The notes beneath the pieces are model-generated. The model had not been told where the DNA came from. It was given only the letters and a program-made list of their open reading frames with translations, and ran no database searches. Source: Nitrosopumilus sp. (GTDB lineage: Archaea > Thermoproteota > Nitrososphaeria > Nitrososphaerales > Nitrosopumilaceae). From it: a DNA stretch of 64,000 nucleotides. Position 1 is the first letter of the stretch; each line of letters opens with the position of its first letter. The stretch is taken from positions 1,632,001 to 1,696,000 of the forward strand of contig OZ244732.1 in assembly GCA_965219345.1 (NCBI GenBank), in the 5' to 3' direction. Positions 32,814 through 43,124 of the stretch are shown here, in pieces. The position numbers were made by a program, and so were the translations under genes.

Positions 32814-33260
32814 ATGGCTCAAGACCTCAGAGACGCAGTAGAGCGGTGGCTGACTCATGAAAGCTACAAGTTCAAGAACACTACTGCAGAAGACGATTCA
32901 TTCAGGATCACAGTAAGCCATGTGGGCAGTTTTGGAAACGCCATAGAAATATTTGAGCCAAAAAGCCAGCCAGACGTACTTGTTCTGGGAGCAAAATGCC
33001 CCCTAAAGAACAGCCAGAATGCCAGGTTCCTGAAATTCTCAGATCAACAAAAAGCAGGTTTTGAGGGAAGGGTCACGGAATACTGCAAGGTTATCGGCGC
33101 AGTGCATAGGTTCTCTGAGGAGAACGGCAAAAAAACCGTAGGAATTTACGCTGTTCTGGACAAAAAAGAGCAGCTAAACCATGGGAATTTTGCACAAACC
33201 ATCCAAAAAGTCTCAGAGATGAGTGAGAAGATGACCCGATACTTGATGAAAACGTTCTGA
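32814..33260 (+). CDS. DUF2299-like protein
   Basis: VERWLTHESYKF...IEIFEPKSQPDVLVLG pattern of a thaumarchaeal family. Confidence 0.65.
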   Translation: MAQDLRDAVERWLTHESYKFKNTTAEDDSFRITVSHVGSFGNAIEIFEPKSQPDVLVLGAKCPLKNSQNARFLKFSDQQKAGFEGRVTEYCKVIGAVHRFSEENGKKTVGIYAVLDKKEQLNHGNFAQTIQKVSEMSEKMTRYLMKTF

Positions 33261-33873
33261 CGAAAGTCTCCAGATCACTTGATTGATCATCTTGCTTGAC
33301 ACAGTGCAAGAAAATACGTGAAAATTTTCCAGTCAAGTGTAGCAAGAGTCTAGAGGCATTGTTTTGGATGTTCCGAAAAAATAGAAAACAGGCACCACCA
33401 TGCAACTCTTGTCTTGGGGTTTATGCTCTCTTAAAGCAAGATGGCTGCTCCAAAACGCGATTGTGCCCAAAAGCTAAACCCCCCTCTACCAAACCCGCTT
33501 TCAGGCACCATACGATATTTCCAAAAACCGCCGTTTTGATGGGGGGTTTAACACCTGTGCCTAGATACGATATGCAACGGTCAAACCACCCAGCTAGCTC
33601 AGCTAGACTAGTATGATCTTTTTTTGTTGTGCGTAAATGCTAAACCCCCTAAATTTTAGTAAAAAATAAAGAAAAAGTAGTTGTCAATCACCCATTTTTT
33701 CTGAAATGGTAGGGGTTTTTTAGTGAAATTTCCGCGGATTTTATGTTATTCTATGTGATAATAATATTTGAGTTCAGACCTATCTATGCCCCTTGTGCCA
33801 TTCGTTGCACTAGGTCTGAATTTCTTCCTAAAAATTGCGTTTCAACTATATACCAAAATAATTTAGGGTTTTC

Positions 33874-34359
33874 ATGGGAGGTATTGTGATTGTGATTATA
33901 ATTGGAGCAATAATTGCTTCAATGGGAGCTGGAATGTTCATGTATTCACAATACCAAACAAACTACATCTCATCAATAGCAGGAGAAACAATTATCATTG
34001 GACCAGTAGAATATGTTATTACATTTGAAGGAACACATGAGGGAAGTAAAGAAGTTGTGCCAGAAAATGTATTTGTAAAAATTGGAATTAGTGCAAAAAA
34101 CACAAGTAATGAAAAAACTATGCTTACAGGAGGACAATTTTACATTATTGATGACAAAGAGCAGAAACATGAAGCAGTATATGGAGAATTTTCTTCTAAA
34201 GACCTATTCATAGAATGGTTAGAGCCAAACAAACCAATTGAAATTACAACACAGTTTGATATTCCGTTTGATGAAGAAACACAATACAAAATAATTGTTA
34301 GACCACAAAAAGAACAATCAACTGTTGATACAGCTGTTGTTTGTATAACAAATTGTTGA
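33874..34359 (+). CDS. Membrane-anchored DUF4352-like Ig-fold protein
   Basis: N-terminal TM helix; VKIGISAKN, FYIIDDK, LEPN...FDIP. Confidence 0.75.
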   Translation: MGGIVIVIIIGAIIASMGAGMFMYSQYQTNYISSIAGETIIIGPVEYVITFEGTHEGSKEVVPENVFVKIGISAKNTSNEKTMLTGGQFYIIDDKEQKHEAVYGEFSSKDLFIEWLEPNKPIEITTQFDIPFDEETQYKIIVRPQKEQSTVDTAVVCITNC

Positions 34360-34458
34360 TCGCAAATTTTTAAAACAAAAAAGTGTCAAATTTTACTATT
34401 GTTAGCGTAGTTATGTGTGACTTGTACTATATAACATCATAACTTTTGCAAAAAAGTC

Positions 34459-34758
34459 ATGGCAATATCTAAAGCCAAAAGAGCAGCAGCAGCTAAAAAA
34501 GCAGCAAGAACTCGAAAGAGAAATGCAGCAGCTAAAGCAGCAGCAGCAGCAAAGACAAGAGCATCTCGAAGGAGAAAAGCAGCAGCTAAAAGAGGTGCAG
34601 CAACTCGTAAGAGAAAGGTATCACGTAAAGCTCCAAAAAGAAAGGCAGCTAAACGTAAAGCTCCAAAAAGAAAGGCAGCTAAACGTAAAGCTCCAAAAAG
34701 AAAGGCAGCTAAACGTAAAGCTCCAAAAAGAAAGGCAGCTAAACGCAGAAAACGTTAA
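34459..34758 (+). CDS. Histone H1-like Lys/Arg/Ala-rich basic protein
   Basis: 99 aa, almost entirely K/R/A, with KRKAPKRKAA repeats. Confidence 0.85.
   Translation: MAISKAKRAAAAKKAARTRKRNAAAKAAAAAKTRASRRRKAAAKRGAATRKRKVSRKAPKRKAAKRKAPKRKAAKRKAPKRKAAKRKAPKRKAAKRRKR
34621..34740 (+). repeat. Coding tandem repeat, 4 x 30 bp
   Basis: AAACGTAAAGCTCCAAAAAGAAAGGCAGCT units (first copy begins TCA). Confidence 0.92.
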
Positions 34759-34839
34759 ACTGTCTTACAAACTTTTTTCTATTTTTTTAATTCTTAATTA
34801 AATATATTTCTAAACTCAAATTTAGAAACATTCTAATTT

Positions 34840-35244
34840 CTATTCATTCATTTTTAATTCAGGCAATACAAAAACTTTGTTTGGTTTAATTTTTAGAATT
34901 ACTCTTTTTTCATCATCACGTTTGAATGGATAATGTTCACGACCCATGTATTGTTGTGTAAGTTTGTCTGCATGTTTGTAACTATAATCTGGAATCAGCT
35001 CTTCAACGATTCCACGAATTGTTGTCATATCAAGTGGGTTATTTTTTGATACAACAGATACCGCAACACGAGTGTCACGTAAAACATTTTTGTGTTTTAT
35101 CCTACCTTCTGCAGTATTTACTAGAATATATCCGTCTTCATAATTTGCCCAAACAGGAGATACTTGCGGTGAACCATCTTTCATGATTGTTGCAATAAAA
35201 ACGAGATTTTTTTCAGAAAATAATTTTACAGCCTTTTCTTCCAA
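34840..35244 (-). CDS. PPOX-class F420-dependent oxidoreductase
   Basis: IATIMKDGSPQVSPVW, GRIKHKNVLRDTRVAVSV. Confidence 0.88.
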   Translation of the reverse strand: MEEKAVKLFSEKNLVFIATIMKDGSPQVSPVWANYEDGYILVNTAEGRIKHKNVLRDTRVAVSVVSKNNPLDMTTIRGIVEELIPDYSYKHADKLTQQYMGREHYPFKRDDEKRVILKIKPNKVFVLPELKMNE

Positions 35245-35256
35245 TACCGTTCATCA

Positions 35257-35760
35257 TCATTTTTTTGCAGAATTTTCAAGTATATTGGTCATGGCACGGT
35301 TCATAATCTCCATTACCAAGTATTGAGAATATTCTTTAGATTTTTTGCCCTTTGATTTGGGAGTTTTTGGTGTTAAACCTTTGAGAATCTTTTCAATTTT
35401 GGCTGATGTATGATCAATGACCTTGGAATATTTTGAATCAAAATCTTCAGGAGCATGAAAATCCAACAATTTGATAGATGTGCCATAATATTTTTTTATA
35501 GCACCCCTTGATTCTTCAATTTTCACGATTTCAATTAATCCAGCATTTTTGAGGATTTCCAGATGGTGACGAATTGTTGTTAATGCTTTTTTACATCCTT
35601 TCTTTTTTAGAGCAGTTGTGATCTGATCCGCAGAAAGTTTTTGATGGTATAAAATTTCTACAATTTTAGCTCGTGCAGGATCTTCAATTGCACGTGCGTG
35701 TTCAATATTGGTTGTAACAATACGATTTACTTTGATTTGTTTTTCTAATAGGGTAGACAT
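35257..35760 (-). CDS. ArsR-family wHTH transcriptional regulator
   Basis: DPARAKIVEIL, TTIRHHLEILKNAGLIE. Confidence 0.85.
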   Translation of the reverse strand: MSTLLEKQIKVNRIVTTNIEHARAIEDPARAKIVEILYHQKLSADQITTALKKKGCKKALTTIRHHLEILKNAGLIEIVKIEESRGAIKKYYGTSIKLLDFHAPEDFDSKYSKVIDHTSAKIEKILKGLTPKTPKSKGKKSKEYSQYLVMEIMNRAMTNILENSAKK

Positions 35761-36087
35761 GCTAAGATTACCTTTAGATCTGATCTAAAAGATCCTTGTA
35801 TCATATTTTTTTGTCTAATAGCATCAATTTTTTTTCATTTTAATAAATTTCATAATGTTACTAAAAATATCGTAATGCTTTTCATAATATTGATACCATT
35901 ACAATGAATATAGAAGTGGTAGAATAATTATTGTAACGGTTTCAGATATTTTCAAAAATATTAAAAAAATATAGTTCTGGGAAATAATGTTGGCAAATGA
36001 CTCATCAAGACGTAATTTATCAAAATATCAAAAATGAAATTCGAGTTAATGTTAGCTTCTAGTCAACAACAAATAAACAGTGAAGAG

Positions 36088-36912
36088 TCAGAGAGAACTT
36101 CCCGAAAGTTTTTCATATGCAGTTACATAACGTTCTGTCATCTTTGCAATTATCTCTTGTGGAATTTCTGGAGGGATAGGTTCTTTTCCTGCATTACGTG
36201 CATCATCAAATTGTTTTTGATATCCATTAGCAGTCAGCCAATCACGCAAAAGCTGTTTATCATATGCTTCTTGAATTTTTCCTACCTCAAAAGATTCTTT
36301 TGGCCATAGACGATACTCATCGGGTCCAATTGAATCGCCTAGAGTAATTTGCCCATCCAAGATTCCAAATTCTAATTTCAAATCAGCCAAGATAAAACCA
36401 ACACCTTCAGTAATTTCTGCCATTTTTTTGTAAATTTCAATCGAAGTCTTTTCTAGCCAATTAAATTGTTCTTCAGTAACTAAATTCATCTCTAAAGCTT
36501 TTGATTTGTCAATAGGGATATCATGCTCTGATTTTGTAGTAGGATCGAAAATTGGTTCTGGAAGTTTCGTAGCCAATGCAGTGTCAGTACCTTCAGGCAA
36601 TGTAACTTCACCATTCTTCCATCGGTTTACTAAACTTCCATAGAAATAGCCTCTAACAACACACTCTATTGGGAGCATCTGCATCTTTTTTACAACAATC
36701 TCAGTATCGGATTCATGTCTAACAAAATGATTTCTTACTGATAGTTTATTGAACCAAAACTCTGCGAATTTGCACAAAACTTCACCCTTTCGTGGAATAT
36801 CCTGCTTGAATTTGACATCATATGCAGAAACTCTGTCTGAGAACTTGAAAAGAAACGTATCTTCATCTATATCATAGATGTCCTTTACTTTACCACTTGT
36901 AAGAAACTTCAA
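36088..36912 (-). CDS. purC: SAICAR synthetase
   Basis: [33 protein letters not shown]. Confidence 0.96.
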   Translation of the reverse strand: MKFLTSGKVKDIYDIDEDTFLFKFSDRVSAYDVKFKQDIPRKGEVLCKFAEFWFNKLSVRNHFVRHESDTEIVVKKMQMLPIECVVRGYFYGSLVNRWKNGEVTLPEGTDTALATKLPEPIFDPTTKSEHDIPIDKSKALEMNLVTEEQFNWLEKTSIEIYKKMAEITEGVGFILADLKLEFGILDGQITLGDSIGPDEYRLWPKESFEVGKIQEAYDKQLLRDWLTANGYQKQFDDARNAGKEPIPPEIPQEIIAKMTERYVTAYEKLSGSSL

Positions 36913-36957
36913 ACAATCACACTTGATTTTGATGTGATTTAACTTATAGTAAAAAGG

Positions 36958-37344
36958 TCATGAACCCATCATACCAACCATCTTTGGCATCTCACGATAT
37001 GCTTTATTTACAAATATATCGTTATCGGCACTAATCATCACAAACTCCATTGGATTATCAGGAGGTGGGGAGAGTATAATTTTTTGTCCTGCTTTTAGAG
37101 TTGCAAGATCAAGAGTATCTCCAGCCCCAAAGTTTACATGAATATTTGTTAATGGTTGAGAACCAGTATTCTGAATTGTTACTCTCCCCATTACAAATAG
37201 ACTCTGTTTGTCTAAAATTGGATCAACAAAGATATCATAATCCTGAGTTGAAACAGATAATTTCAAAATATCTGCGCCAAAAATTACTCCCATTATTGCG
37301 ATTCCTCCAACACCCACAGCAATAATAACAGCATATTGATTCAC
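36958..37344 (-). CDS. Membrane-anchored hypothetical protein
   Basis: N-terminal TM helix plus beta-rich domain (IQNTGSQPLTNI). Confidence 0.7.
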   Translation of the reverse strand: MNQYAVIIAVGVGGIAIMGVIFGADILKLSVSTQDYDIFVDPILDKQSLFVMGRVTIQNTGSQPLTNIHVNFGAGDTLDLATLKAGQKIILSPPPDNPMEFVMISADNDIFVNKAYREMPKMVGMMGS

Positions 37345-37379
37345 AAATTTTGTGTTGTTTTTCTAATAATTAAGATTAA

Positions 37380-37658
37380 TTACTTTACTTCAACACCATT
37401 CCAAAAGGCCACCATTCCTTTGATTTTCTTAGCAGCATCATTTGGTTCCTCATAATACCATGCACAATCTTTGTTAGTTTTTCCACTTACGGTAATAGAA
37501 TAGTAATTTGCCATTCCTTTCCAACCACAAAGAGTTGTTAATTCAGTCTTTTGGAAATACTCCTGTTTTATTGAATCAAATGGAAAATAATGATTTCCCT
37601 CAACTAAAACGGTTTCATTACTTTCAGCAATTACGACATCATTCCATATAGCTTGCAC
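37380..37658 (-). CDS. DUF427 protein
   Basis: VIAES...VEGNHYFP...CGWKG.ANYY...AWYY. Confidence 0.9.
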   Translation of the reverse strand: MQAIWNDVVIAESNETVLVEGNHYFPFDSIKQEYFQKTELTTLCGWKGMANYYSITVSGKTNKDCAWYYEEPNDAAKKIKGMVAFWNGVEVK

Positions 37659-37661
37659 GAT

Positions 37662-39095
37662 TTATTCGCCTTTCATCTCTAGTCTGCTTCTAAATTGAGG
37701 AGTAATTCCAAGAGAAGCATAGTTGCCTGAAGAGCATGTAAAGCACATAGAGTCTTTTGGAATGCCAACTGCTGCTGCAAGATTTTCAGCATCATTATAT
37801 CCCAAAAAGTCCGCACCTATGCTCTGTCTTACCATCTCAGTGGTTTGTTCCGGTGTCATATCTTTTCCGTTAGAAAATGTTGCAAGTTCTTCTTGTGATG
37901 GAAAGTCAATTCCAGCATAACATGGAAATTTGATTGGCGGGTATGTAATGACCATACTAATTTTTTTGGCACCTGCCCTTCGAAGTGCCTTAATAATTGC
38001 CTTAGAACTTGTGCCTCTAACTAAACTATCATCAATTACAACAACGTGTTTTCCTTCAATTATTTCTTTAATAGGAATAATCCATCTATTGATCTCTATT
38101 CTGTCAGTTTGATGTGGTTCAATAAAACTTCGCAATGGTCCTTTCTTACTATATCTGTCTTTGAGTAAGCCTTCATCAAAAGGCACTCCAAGTTCTTGTG
38201 CATATCCCAATGCCGCAGGTCTAGCAGAGTCAGGTACAGGTATCACTAAATCTGCATCTTTAATTGAAAATTTCTTTGCCAGAAATCTACCAATGTTTTT
38301 TCTTGCAACATAGATGTTAGTTCCTTCCATGTTGCTTGATGGATGTGCAAAGTAAGTAAATTCAAAAGAACAATGTGCACGTTCAGGATTATCAGAAAAG
38401 CGTTCGGTTTCTAATCCATTTTTGCTTAACTTGATTAATTCGCCAGGGTTTACATTTCGTTGCAGTTCAGCCCCAACTGCAGATAATGCAGAAGATTCAG
38501 ATGCAACAATGTAAGTATTGTCTATTTCTTTATGTCCTAAAACCATTGGACGAAAGCCTTTAGGATCACGTGCAGCATAAACAGAATTATCATCAGAAAT
38601 AAATGTAAAACAATAAGACCCAGCTATCTCGTTTTTAAGAATTGAGAGGGCTTTGCCCATCTGACCATTCTCAGAGATCAGTGTAACAAGTCTTTGTGCT
38701 GCAACAAGTGTATCACTTGCATTTTGTGGCGTAAATGAACAACCCCCTACAAGATTTGATAGTTCTTGAACATTTGCAATGGTTCCATTATGGGCAATAC
38801 AAAGATCTTTCACTTTGAGAGGTTGTGCATTTTTAAGGGAACTTTGGCCCATGGTGGAATAACGTACATGTCCAATTACTGAAGGAGAAGCATATTCTTG
38901 GGTAATTGCCTTAAATTCCGAGGATGCCGCAGAAACTAGTCCCAACCTCTTTAGTGGCTCTTTGTTTGGAATTGCAAGACCCCATGCTTCTTGACCTCGA
39001 TGTTGTAGTGCTCTTAGTGCATCAATTACCATAGGTATCACATTGGTTCCACTTTGACTGTAGATTCCAACTACGCCACAATTCTCCTTAACCAT
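37662..39095 (-). CDS. purF: Amidophosphoribosyltransferase
   Basis: ENCGVVG, LQHRGQE, GHVRYST, VIDDSLVRGT. Confidence 0.97.
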   Translation of the reverse strand: MVKENCGVVGIYSQSGTNVIPMVIDALRALQHRGQEAWGLAIPNKEPLKRLGLVSAASSEFKAITQEYASPSVIGHVRYSTMGQSSLKNAQPLKVKDLCIAHNGTIANVQELSNLVGGCSFTPQNASDTLVAAQRLVTLISENGQMGKALSILKNEIAGSYCFTFISDDNSVYAARDPKGFRPMVLGHKEIDNTYIVASESSALSAVGAELQRNVNPGELIKLSKNGLETERFSDNPERAHCSFEFTYFAHPSSNMEGTNIYVARKNIGRFLAKKFSIKDADLVIPVPDSARPAALGYAQELGVPFDEGLLKDRYSKKGPLRSFIEPHQTDRIEINRWIIPIKEIIEGKHVVVIDDSLVRGTSSKAIIKALRRAGAKKISMVITYPPIKFPCYAGIDFPSQEELATFSNGKDMTPEQTTEMVRQSIGADFLGYNDAENLAAAVGIPKDSMCFTCSSGNYASLGITPQFRSRLEMKGE

Positions 39096-41253
39096 GAAGC
39101 ACCAAGTCCTTTAACGAATTTACCCAAGTCTTTTGCGCAATATCAACTCTTAGATCAATGATTGACTTTGATCCCTTTGTGAATTGAATTTTCTTTCCTG
39201 TAAACTTACCAATAAGTTTGAATGAAACTTTGTTCTTATTGAGCAATGTTTCAAGTTTTTTGAGATTTTTCTTGTCTAATACTAAGAGATAGCGAGAATG
39301 ACTTTCAGAAAATAAAATTCTGTCAACATCAAGTTTCTCACCGGGGACTTTTTCTAACGATATTTTACAACCAATTTGATTTGTCATACAAAGTTCAGAT
39401 ACTGCAACTACCAGTCCTCCTTTTGAACAATCGTGAGCAACTTTTATGAGTTTATTTTCAATAATATCCAACACTGCTTTCATGTTTTTCTTTGATTCTG
39501 CAAAATTGACAGTAGGGCATTTTCCTCCAATGAAGTTATGGACGTATTCAAAGTATTCAGAACCACCCATCTCATCTTTGGTATTTCCAACAATTACAAG
39601 ATAGTCATTATCTGTGATCTTTTGAGGGACAAGGGGATTTTTGTCAATTAGCCCCAAGACTCCAATTAATGGAGTTGGTTTGATTGGACCCATAGGTGTT
39701 TCATTGTACAAACTTACCTTGCCTCCAACGCAAGGAATCTTGAAATCATTAGCAAAATCAGTTAACCCTTTTAGAGATTCTAAAAATGTCCAAAATATTT
39801 CAGGATCTTTTGGATTTCCAAATTGAAGATGATCAAGCATGCCAACTGGTTTTGCGCCAGTACAGACAACATTTCTACATGCCTCCTCAAAACAACCTAT
39901 CGCACCTTCTCTTGGATTGATGTAACATTGTTTAGGATTTCCGTCAATCTTTACAGAAAGGAATTTTCCGTTATCTAATCGTAAAACTGATGCATCATAT
40001 CCAGGCTTTACGACAGTCCTAATACCAACTTCATGATCATATTGTCCATAAACCCAAATTTTGCTTGCTATATTTGGTGCAGCAAGTAATTTCATCATTG
40101 TTTTAGAATAATCAGAAATTGGTTCAAGTTTTTTTTCTTTTTCAATTGTTTTTAGATATGCAGGCTTTTGTGATGGTAGATCTAGAAGAGTTGCATTTGC
40201 AATAACATTAGTTGGGAGATTTGCAAATGTCTTTTTGCCTTTTTTCACATGCATCTGATTATCTGATTTTACATGACCAATTACAGAGCATGCAATACGG
40301 AATTTCTTGCAAATTTCTTGCAGTTTTTCTAATTTAGTTTTGCTTGTGATAATTAGCATTCTCTCTTGCGATTCAGATACCATAATTTCGTCTGGATGCA
40401 TATTTGATTCACGTGTGTGAACCCTATCAACATCCATCTCTATTCCGACTTCTAACGTATCAGCAATCTCTGAAACGGCACAGGACAGTCCACCGCCCCC
40501 AAGGTCTTTCATGGCGTTAATTAGTTTTTGATTTCGTGCCTCCAAGATCGCCTCTATGATTAATTTCTCAATAAAAGGATCTGGAATTTGAACTGCAGAG
40601 CGATCTTCGGATTCTAAAGAATCAGAAGCAAACTGAGATCCGCCCATTCCATCTCTGCCAGTGGAACCTCCAAGTAACACAACCAAGTCTCCTTTCTTAG
40701 TGTGATTTTTAATCAAATTCTCTTTTTTTCCAAACCCTACTGCCGCTACATCAACTAGTGCATAGTTTTGATAGCAGTCATCAAACTCAACCTCACCTCC
40801 AATAGTTGGAATGCCTAAACAGTTTCCATAGTCAGCAATTCCAGTAACTGCATTTTTGAAAAGCCATCTTGCTTGTTGATCTTTTTCTATATTTCCAAAA
40901 CGCAATCCGTCAAATATTGCAATAGGTCTTGTACCTGCTGATAAAATATCTCTAATTACACCGCCAACACCAGTTGCAGCCCCACCATATGGTTCAACGG
41001 CAGACGGATGATTATGACTTTCAATGTGTGCAGTTACAACGTAGCCACCTCCAACATCTAGTACACCAGAATCATATCCTTTCTCATGAATTACAAGAGG
41101 TCCCTTCATCGGCAACATTTTGAGATGTTTTTTTGATGATTTGTAAGAGCAATGCTCAGACCATTCTGCAGCTATAATTTGTAATTCAGTAGAAGTTGGA
41201 GTTCTACCAATTTTTGATTTTAGTTCAGTTAGTTCTTGTGGTTCAAGACTCAA
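39088..41253 (-). CDS. purL: FGAM synthase subunit PurL
   Basis: WSEHCSYKSS, ESHNHPSAVEPYGGAATGVGG, DLGGGG, GGKVSLYN. Confidence 0.97.
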   Translation of the reverse strand: MSLEPQELTELKSKIGRTPTSTELQIIAAEWSEHCSYKSSKKHLKMLPMKGPLVIHEKGYDSGVLDVGGGYVVTAHIESHNHPSAVEPYGGAATGVGGVIRDILSAGTRPIAIFDGLRFGNIEKDQQARWLFKNAVTGIADYGNCLGIPTIGGEVEFDDCYQNYALVDVAAVGFGKKENLIKNHTKKGDLVVLLGGSTGRDGMGGSQFASDSLESEDRSAVQIPDPFIEKLIIEAILEARNQKLINAMKDLGGGGLSCAVSEIADTLEVGIEMDVDRVHTRESNMHPDEIMVSESQERMLIITSKTKLEKLQEICKKFRIACSVIGHVKSDNQMHVKKGKKTFANLPTNVIANATLLDLPSQKPAYLKTIEKEKKLEPISDYSKTMMKLLAAPNIASKIWVYGQYDHEVGIRTVVKPGYDASVLRLDNGKFLSVKIDGNPKQCYINPREGAIGCFEEACRNVVCTGAKPVGMLDHLQFGNPKDPEIFWTFLESLKGLTDFANDFKIPCVGGKVSLYNETPMGPIKPTPLIGVLGLIDKNPLVPQKITDNDYLVIVGNTKDEMGGSEYFEYVHNFIGGKCPTVNFAESKKNMKAVLDIIENKLIKVAHDCSKGGLVVAVSELCMTNQIGCKISLEKVPGEKLDVDRILFSESHSRYLLVLDKKNLKKLETLLNKNKVSFKLIGKFTGKKIQFTKGSKSIIDLRVDIAQKTWVNSLKDLVLHG

Positions 41254-41930
41254 GTAACAACACCCATTTTTGCCATTAGAGATTCAAAGATGAGAGAGGA
41301 AGGCTTGTTATCAATTGGATTAATTTCAGACTCTACTGCTCTTTCTGGATGTGGCATCATGCCAACAACATTTCCTTCCTCATTACAGACACCTGCAATT
41401 CTGTTTGAAGAGCCATTTACAACTTGACTGTATCTAAATACAATCTGGTTTTTTTTCTTTAATTGTTTTAGAGTATCATCATCAACATAATATCTTCCTT
41501 CACCATTTGCGATTGGTATTGGGATTTTCTCATGCAGTTTGAATTGATTTGTAAATGGAGTCTTGTTGTTTTCGACAATCAAATTTGTCCATTCACACAT
41601 AAAATTTAGAGACTTATTTTTGAGCAGAACCCCGGGAAGTAAACCAGATTCTACAAGGATCTGAAATCCATTACATACACCTAAAATTGGAATTCCTTTT
41701 TCTGCCATTTTTTGGATATCTTTAATGACTGGACTATGAGCCGCGATTACTCCGGCTCTAAGTCTATCTCCATAAGAGAATCCACCCGGAAGAATTACTG
41801 CATCAATATTTTTTGAGAGAGGTTTCTCATGCCAATAGTATTGTGTATCAAGATTAAAGACATCAGTTAGCACATGATACATATCACGATCACAGTTACT
41901 ACCAGGAAAAACTACAACCCCAACCTTCAC
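41250..41930 (-). CDS. purQ: FGAM synthase subunit PurQ
   Basis: VFPGSNCDRD, PGGFSYGD, GVCNGFQ, MMPHPER. Confidence 0.97.
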   Translation of the reverse strand: MKVGVVVFPGSNCDRDMYHVLTDVFNLDTQYYWHEKPLSKNIDAVILPGGFSYGDRLRAGVIAAHSPVIKDIQKMAEKGIPILGVCNGFQILVESGLLPGVLLKNKSLNFMCEWTNLIVENNKTPFTNQFKLHEKIPIPIANGEGRYYVDDDTLKQLKKKNQIVFRYSQVVNGSSNRIAGVCNEEGNVVGMMPHPERAVESEINPIDNKPSSLIFESLMAKMGVVT

Positions 41931-41979
41931 ATTTGTATTTACAATTAGTGATATTTAATTTGAATCGAATCTGAAAAGT

Positions 41980-42240
41980 CTAGGCATCAAAAACAACTAC
42001 CGATACTTTGCTAACCATGGGATTGAATATTCGTAGTTCATCACAGATCTCTTGTATTTTTGATTGAGCAGTCTTTTTGTCTTTTTCTTTGATTGTGAAT
42101 TTTAGCATCTTTGCAGTTTTGATTTTAGAAACTGTTTTGTGAGTTCCTTTTAAAACTAGATCATTTAGAATAGTATCCCCTTCAGGATCACTGATACCAG
42201 GTTTATTTTCTATGGTGACGTGAACATTAAAAGTTGCCAT
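41980..42240 (-). CDS. purS: FGAM synthase subunit PurS
   Basis: KPGISDPEG...NP motif; upstream of purQ. Confidence 0.92.
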   Translation of the reverse strand: MATFNVHVTIENKPGISDPEGDTILNDLVLKGTHKTVSKIKTAKMLKFTIKEKDKKTAQSKIQEICDELRIFNPMVSKVSVVVFDA

Positions 42241-42371
42241 TAACAATTTTCAAATTTAAATCGAGATTAATCTATCTTCCGAATAATTTTATACATTCAT
42301 GCTTATTTTGAAAAATATATCAGGCTACCTATTAAAAATAGAGATACTACAAAACAACTCCTAGTTTTGAA

Positions 42372-42527
42372 TTATGCTTTAAATTTCTTGAGACCTTCAC
42401 TCACAACTAAATTCAGTACATGTGAGAAGCTGATGGATTTAGGGGAAGTTCTGATCATCTTTGCTTGAATGTTACGAAGTTTCTCAACATTTGTAGTATT
42501 CAATACAATGGTTATTCTGTCTCCCAT
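42372..42527 (-). CDS. Small ribbon-helix-helix-like protein (absent from ORF track)
   Basis: Manual translation MGDRITIVLNTTNVEKLRNIQAKMIRTSPKSISFSHVLNLVVSEGLKKFKA*. Confidence 0.7.
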   Translation of the reverse strand: MGDRITIVLNTTNVEKLRNIQAKMIRTSPKSISFSHVLNLVVSEGLKKFKA

Positions 42528-42626
42528 AGATTATTTACGTTAATTTGCTATAAAAGGAAGATCACATATTCCTACTGCTCAGATACACATTGGGATTTAT
42601 ATCAGAATAATTTACAGTATTGCATA

Positions 42627-43094
42627 ATGCCAAAAGGTAGATCAAGGTATTGGAAGCTCACATCAGATGAAATGGGCGGGTTTACGTATGATGAAAGTAA
42701 ATTGTTAAACTGGGAAATTAAATGTGTTAGAGAACCAGAAGAAGAAGCTCACTTTATTGGTGTTTTCATGTATAGGCATGGTACTGCATTTGACTATGAA
42801 TCAGTAAAAGGAATATGTTATTTTTACAACAATATCGATAGAAAAGAGCTTCCAGCAATCACTAGTTTTCTTAAAGGAAAATTCAACGGCAAAGAGATGG
42901 AGAAGGGAGAAAGAGTCTTCCTTAAAGATTCAAAAGAAATCTACTCCAGCAAAGACATTGGAGAATTGGCAAAGGAAATGGAAACAAAATTCAATACAAA
43001 GGCTGTTATTTCTTTAGAGTTTGAGAATTTAACTGCAGACCAACTCAAAGAAGCAGGACTGCCAGAGGGAAAATTGTTACCAATTCCCACATAA
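42627..43094 (+). CDS. Conserved hypothetical protein (start 42627, MPKGRSRYW)
   Basis: Coding-like from ATG 42627; upstream ORF extension overlaps the opposite-strand RHH gene. Confidence 0.75.
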   Translation: MPKGRSRYWKLTSDEMGGFTYDESKLLNWEIKCVREPEEEAHFIGVFMYRHGTAFDYESVKGICYFYNNIDRKELPAITSFLKGKFNGKEMEKGERVFLKDSKEIYSSKDIGELAKEMETKFNTKAVISLEFENLTADQLKEAGLPEGKLLPIPT

Positions 43095-43124
43095 TTGATA
43101 TAGCTTAAAGCACAAAGATATTAG

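Larger units (their letters stand above)
3820..33730. mobile_element. Accessory/defence island downstream of tRNA-Asn (approximate bounds)
   Basis: Compositional shift right after the tRNA; CRISPR-Cas, IS remnant, nuclease and gene fragments; core-like genes resume at about 33.87 kb. No integrase or att duplication seen. Confidence 0.55.

Noticed and set aside
33681-33702. Possible self-target of the spacer at 18726-18763
   Set aside because: Only about 16/19 matches in A-rich sequence; the rest does not align
34523-34801. Gln-rich alternative-frame ORF
   Set aside because: Off-frame shadow of the H1-like gene
42465-42626. N-terminal extension of the 209-aa ORF
   Set aside because: Overlaps an opposite-strand RHH-like gene; ATG at 42627 is the better start
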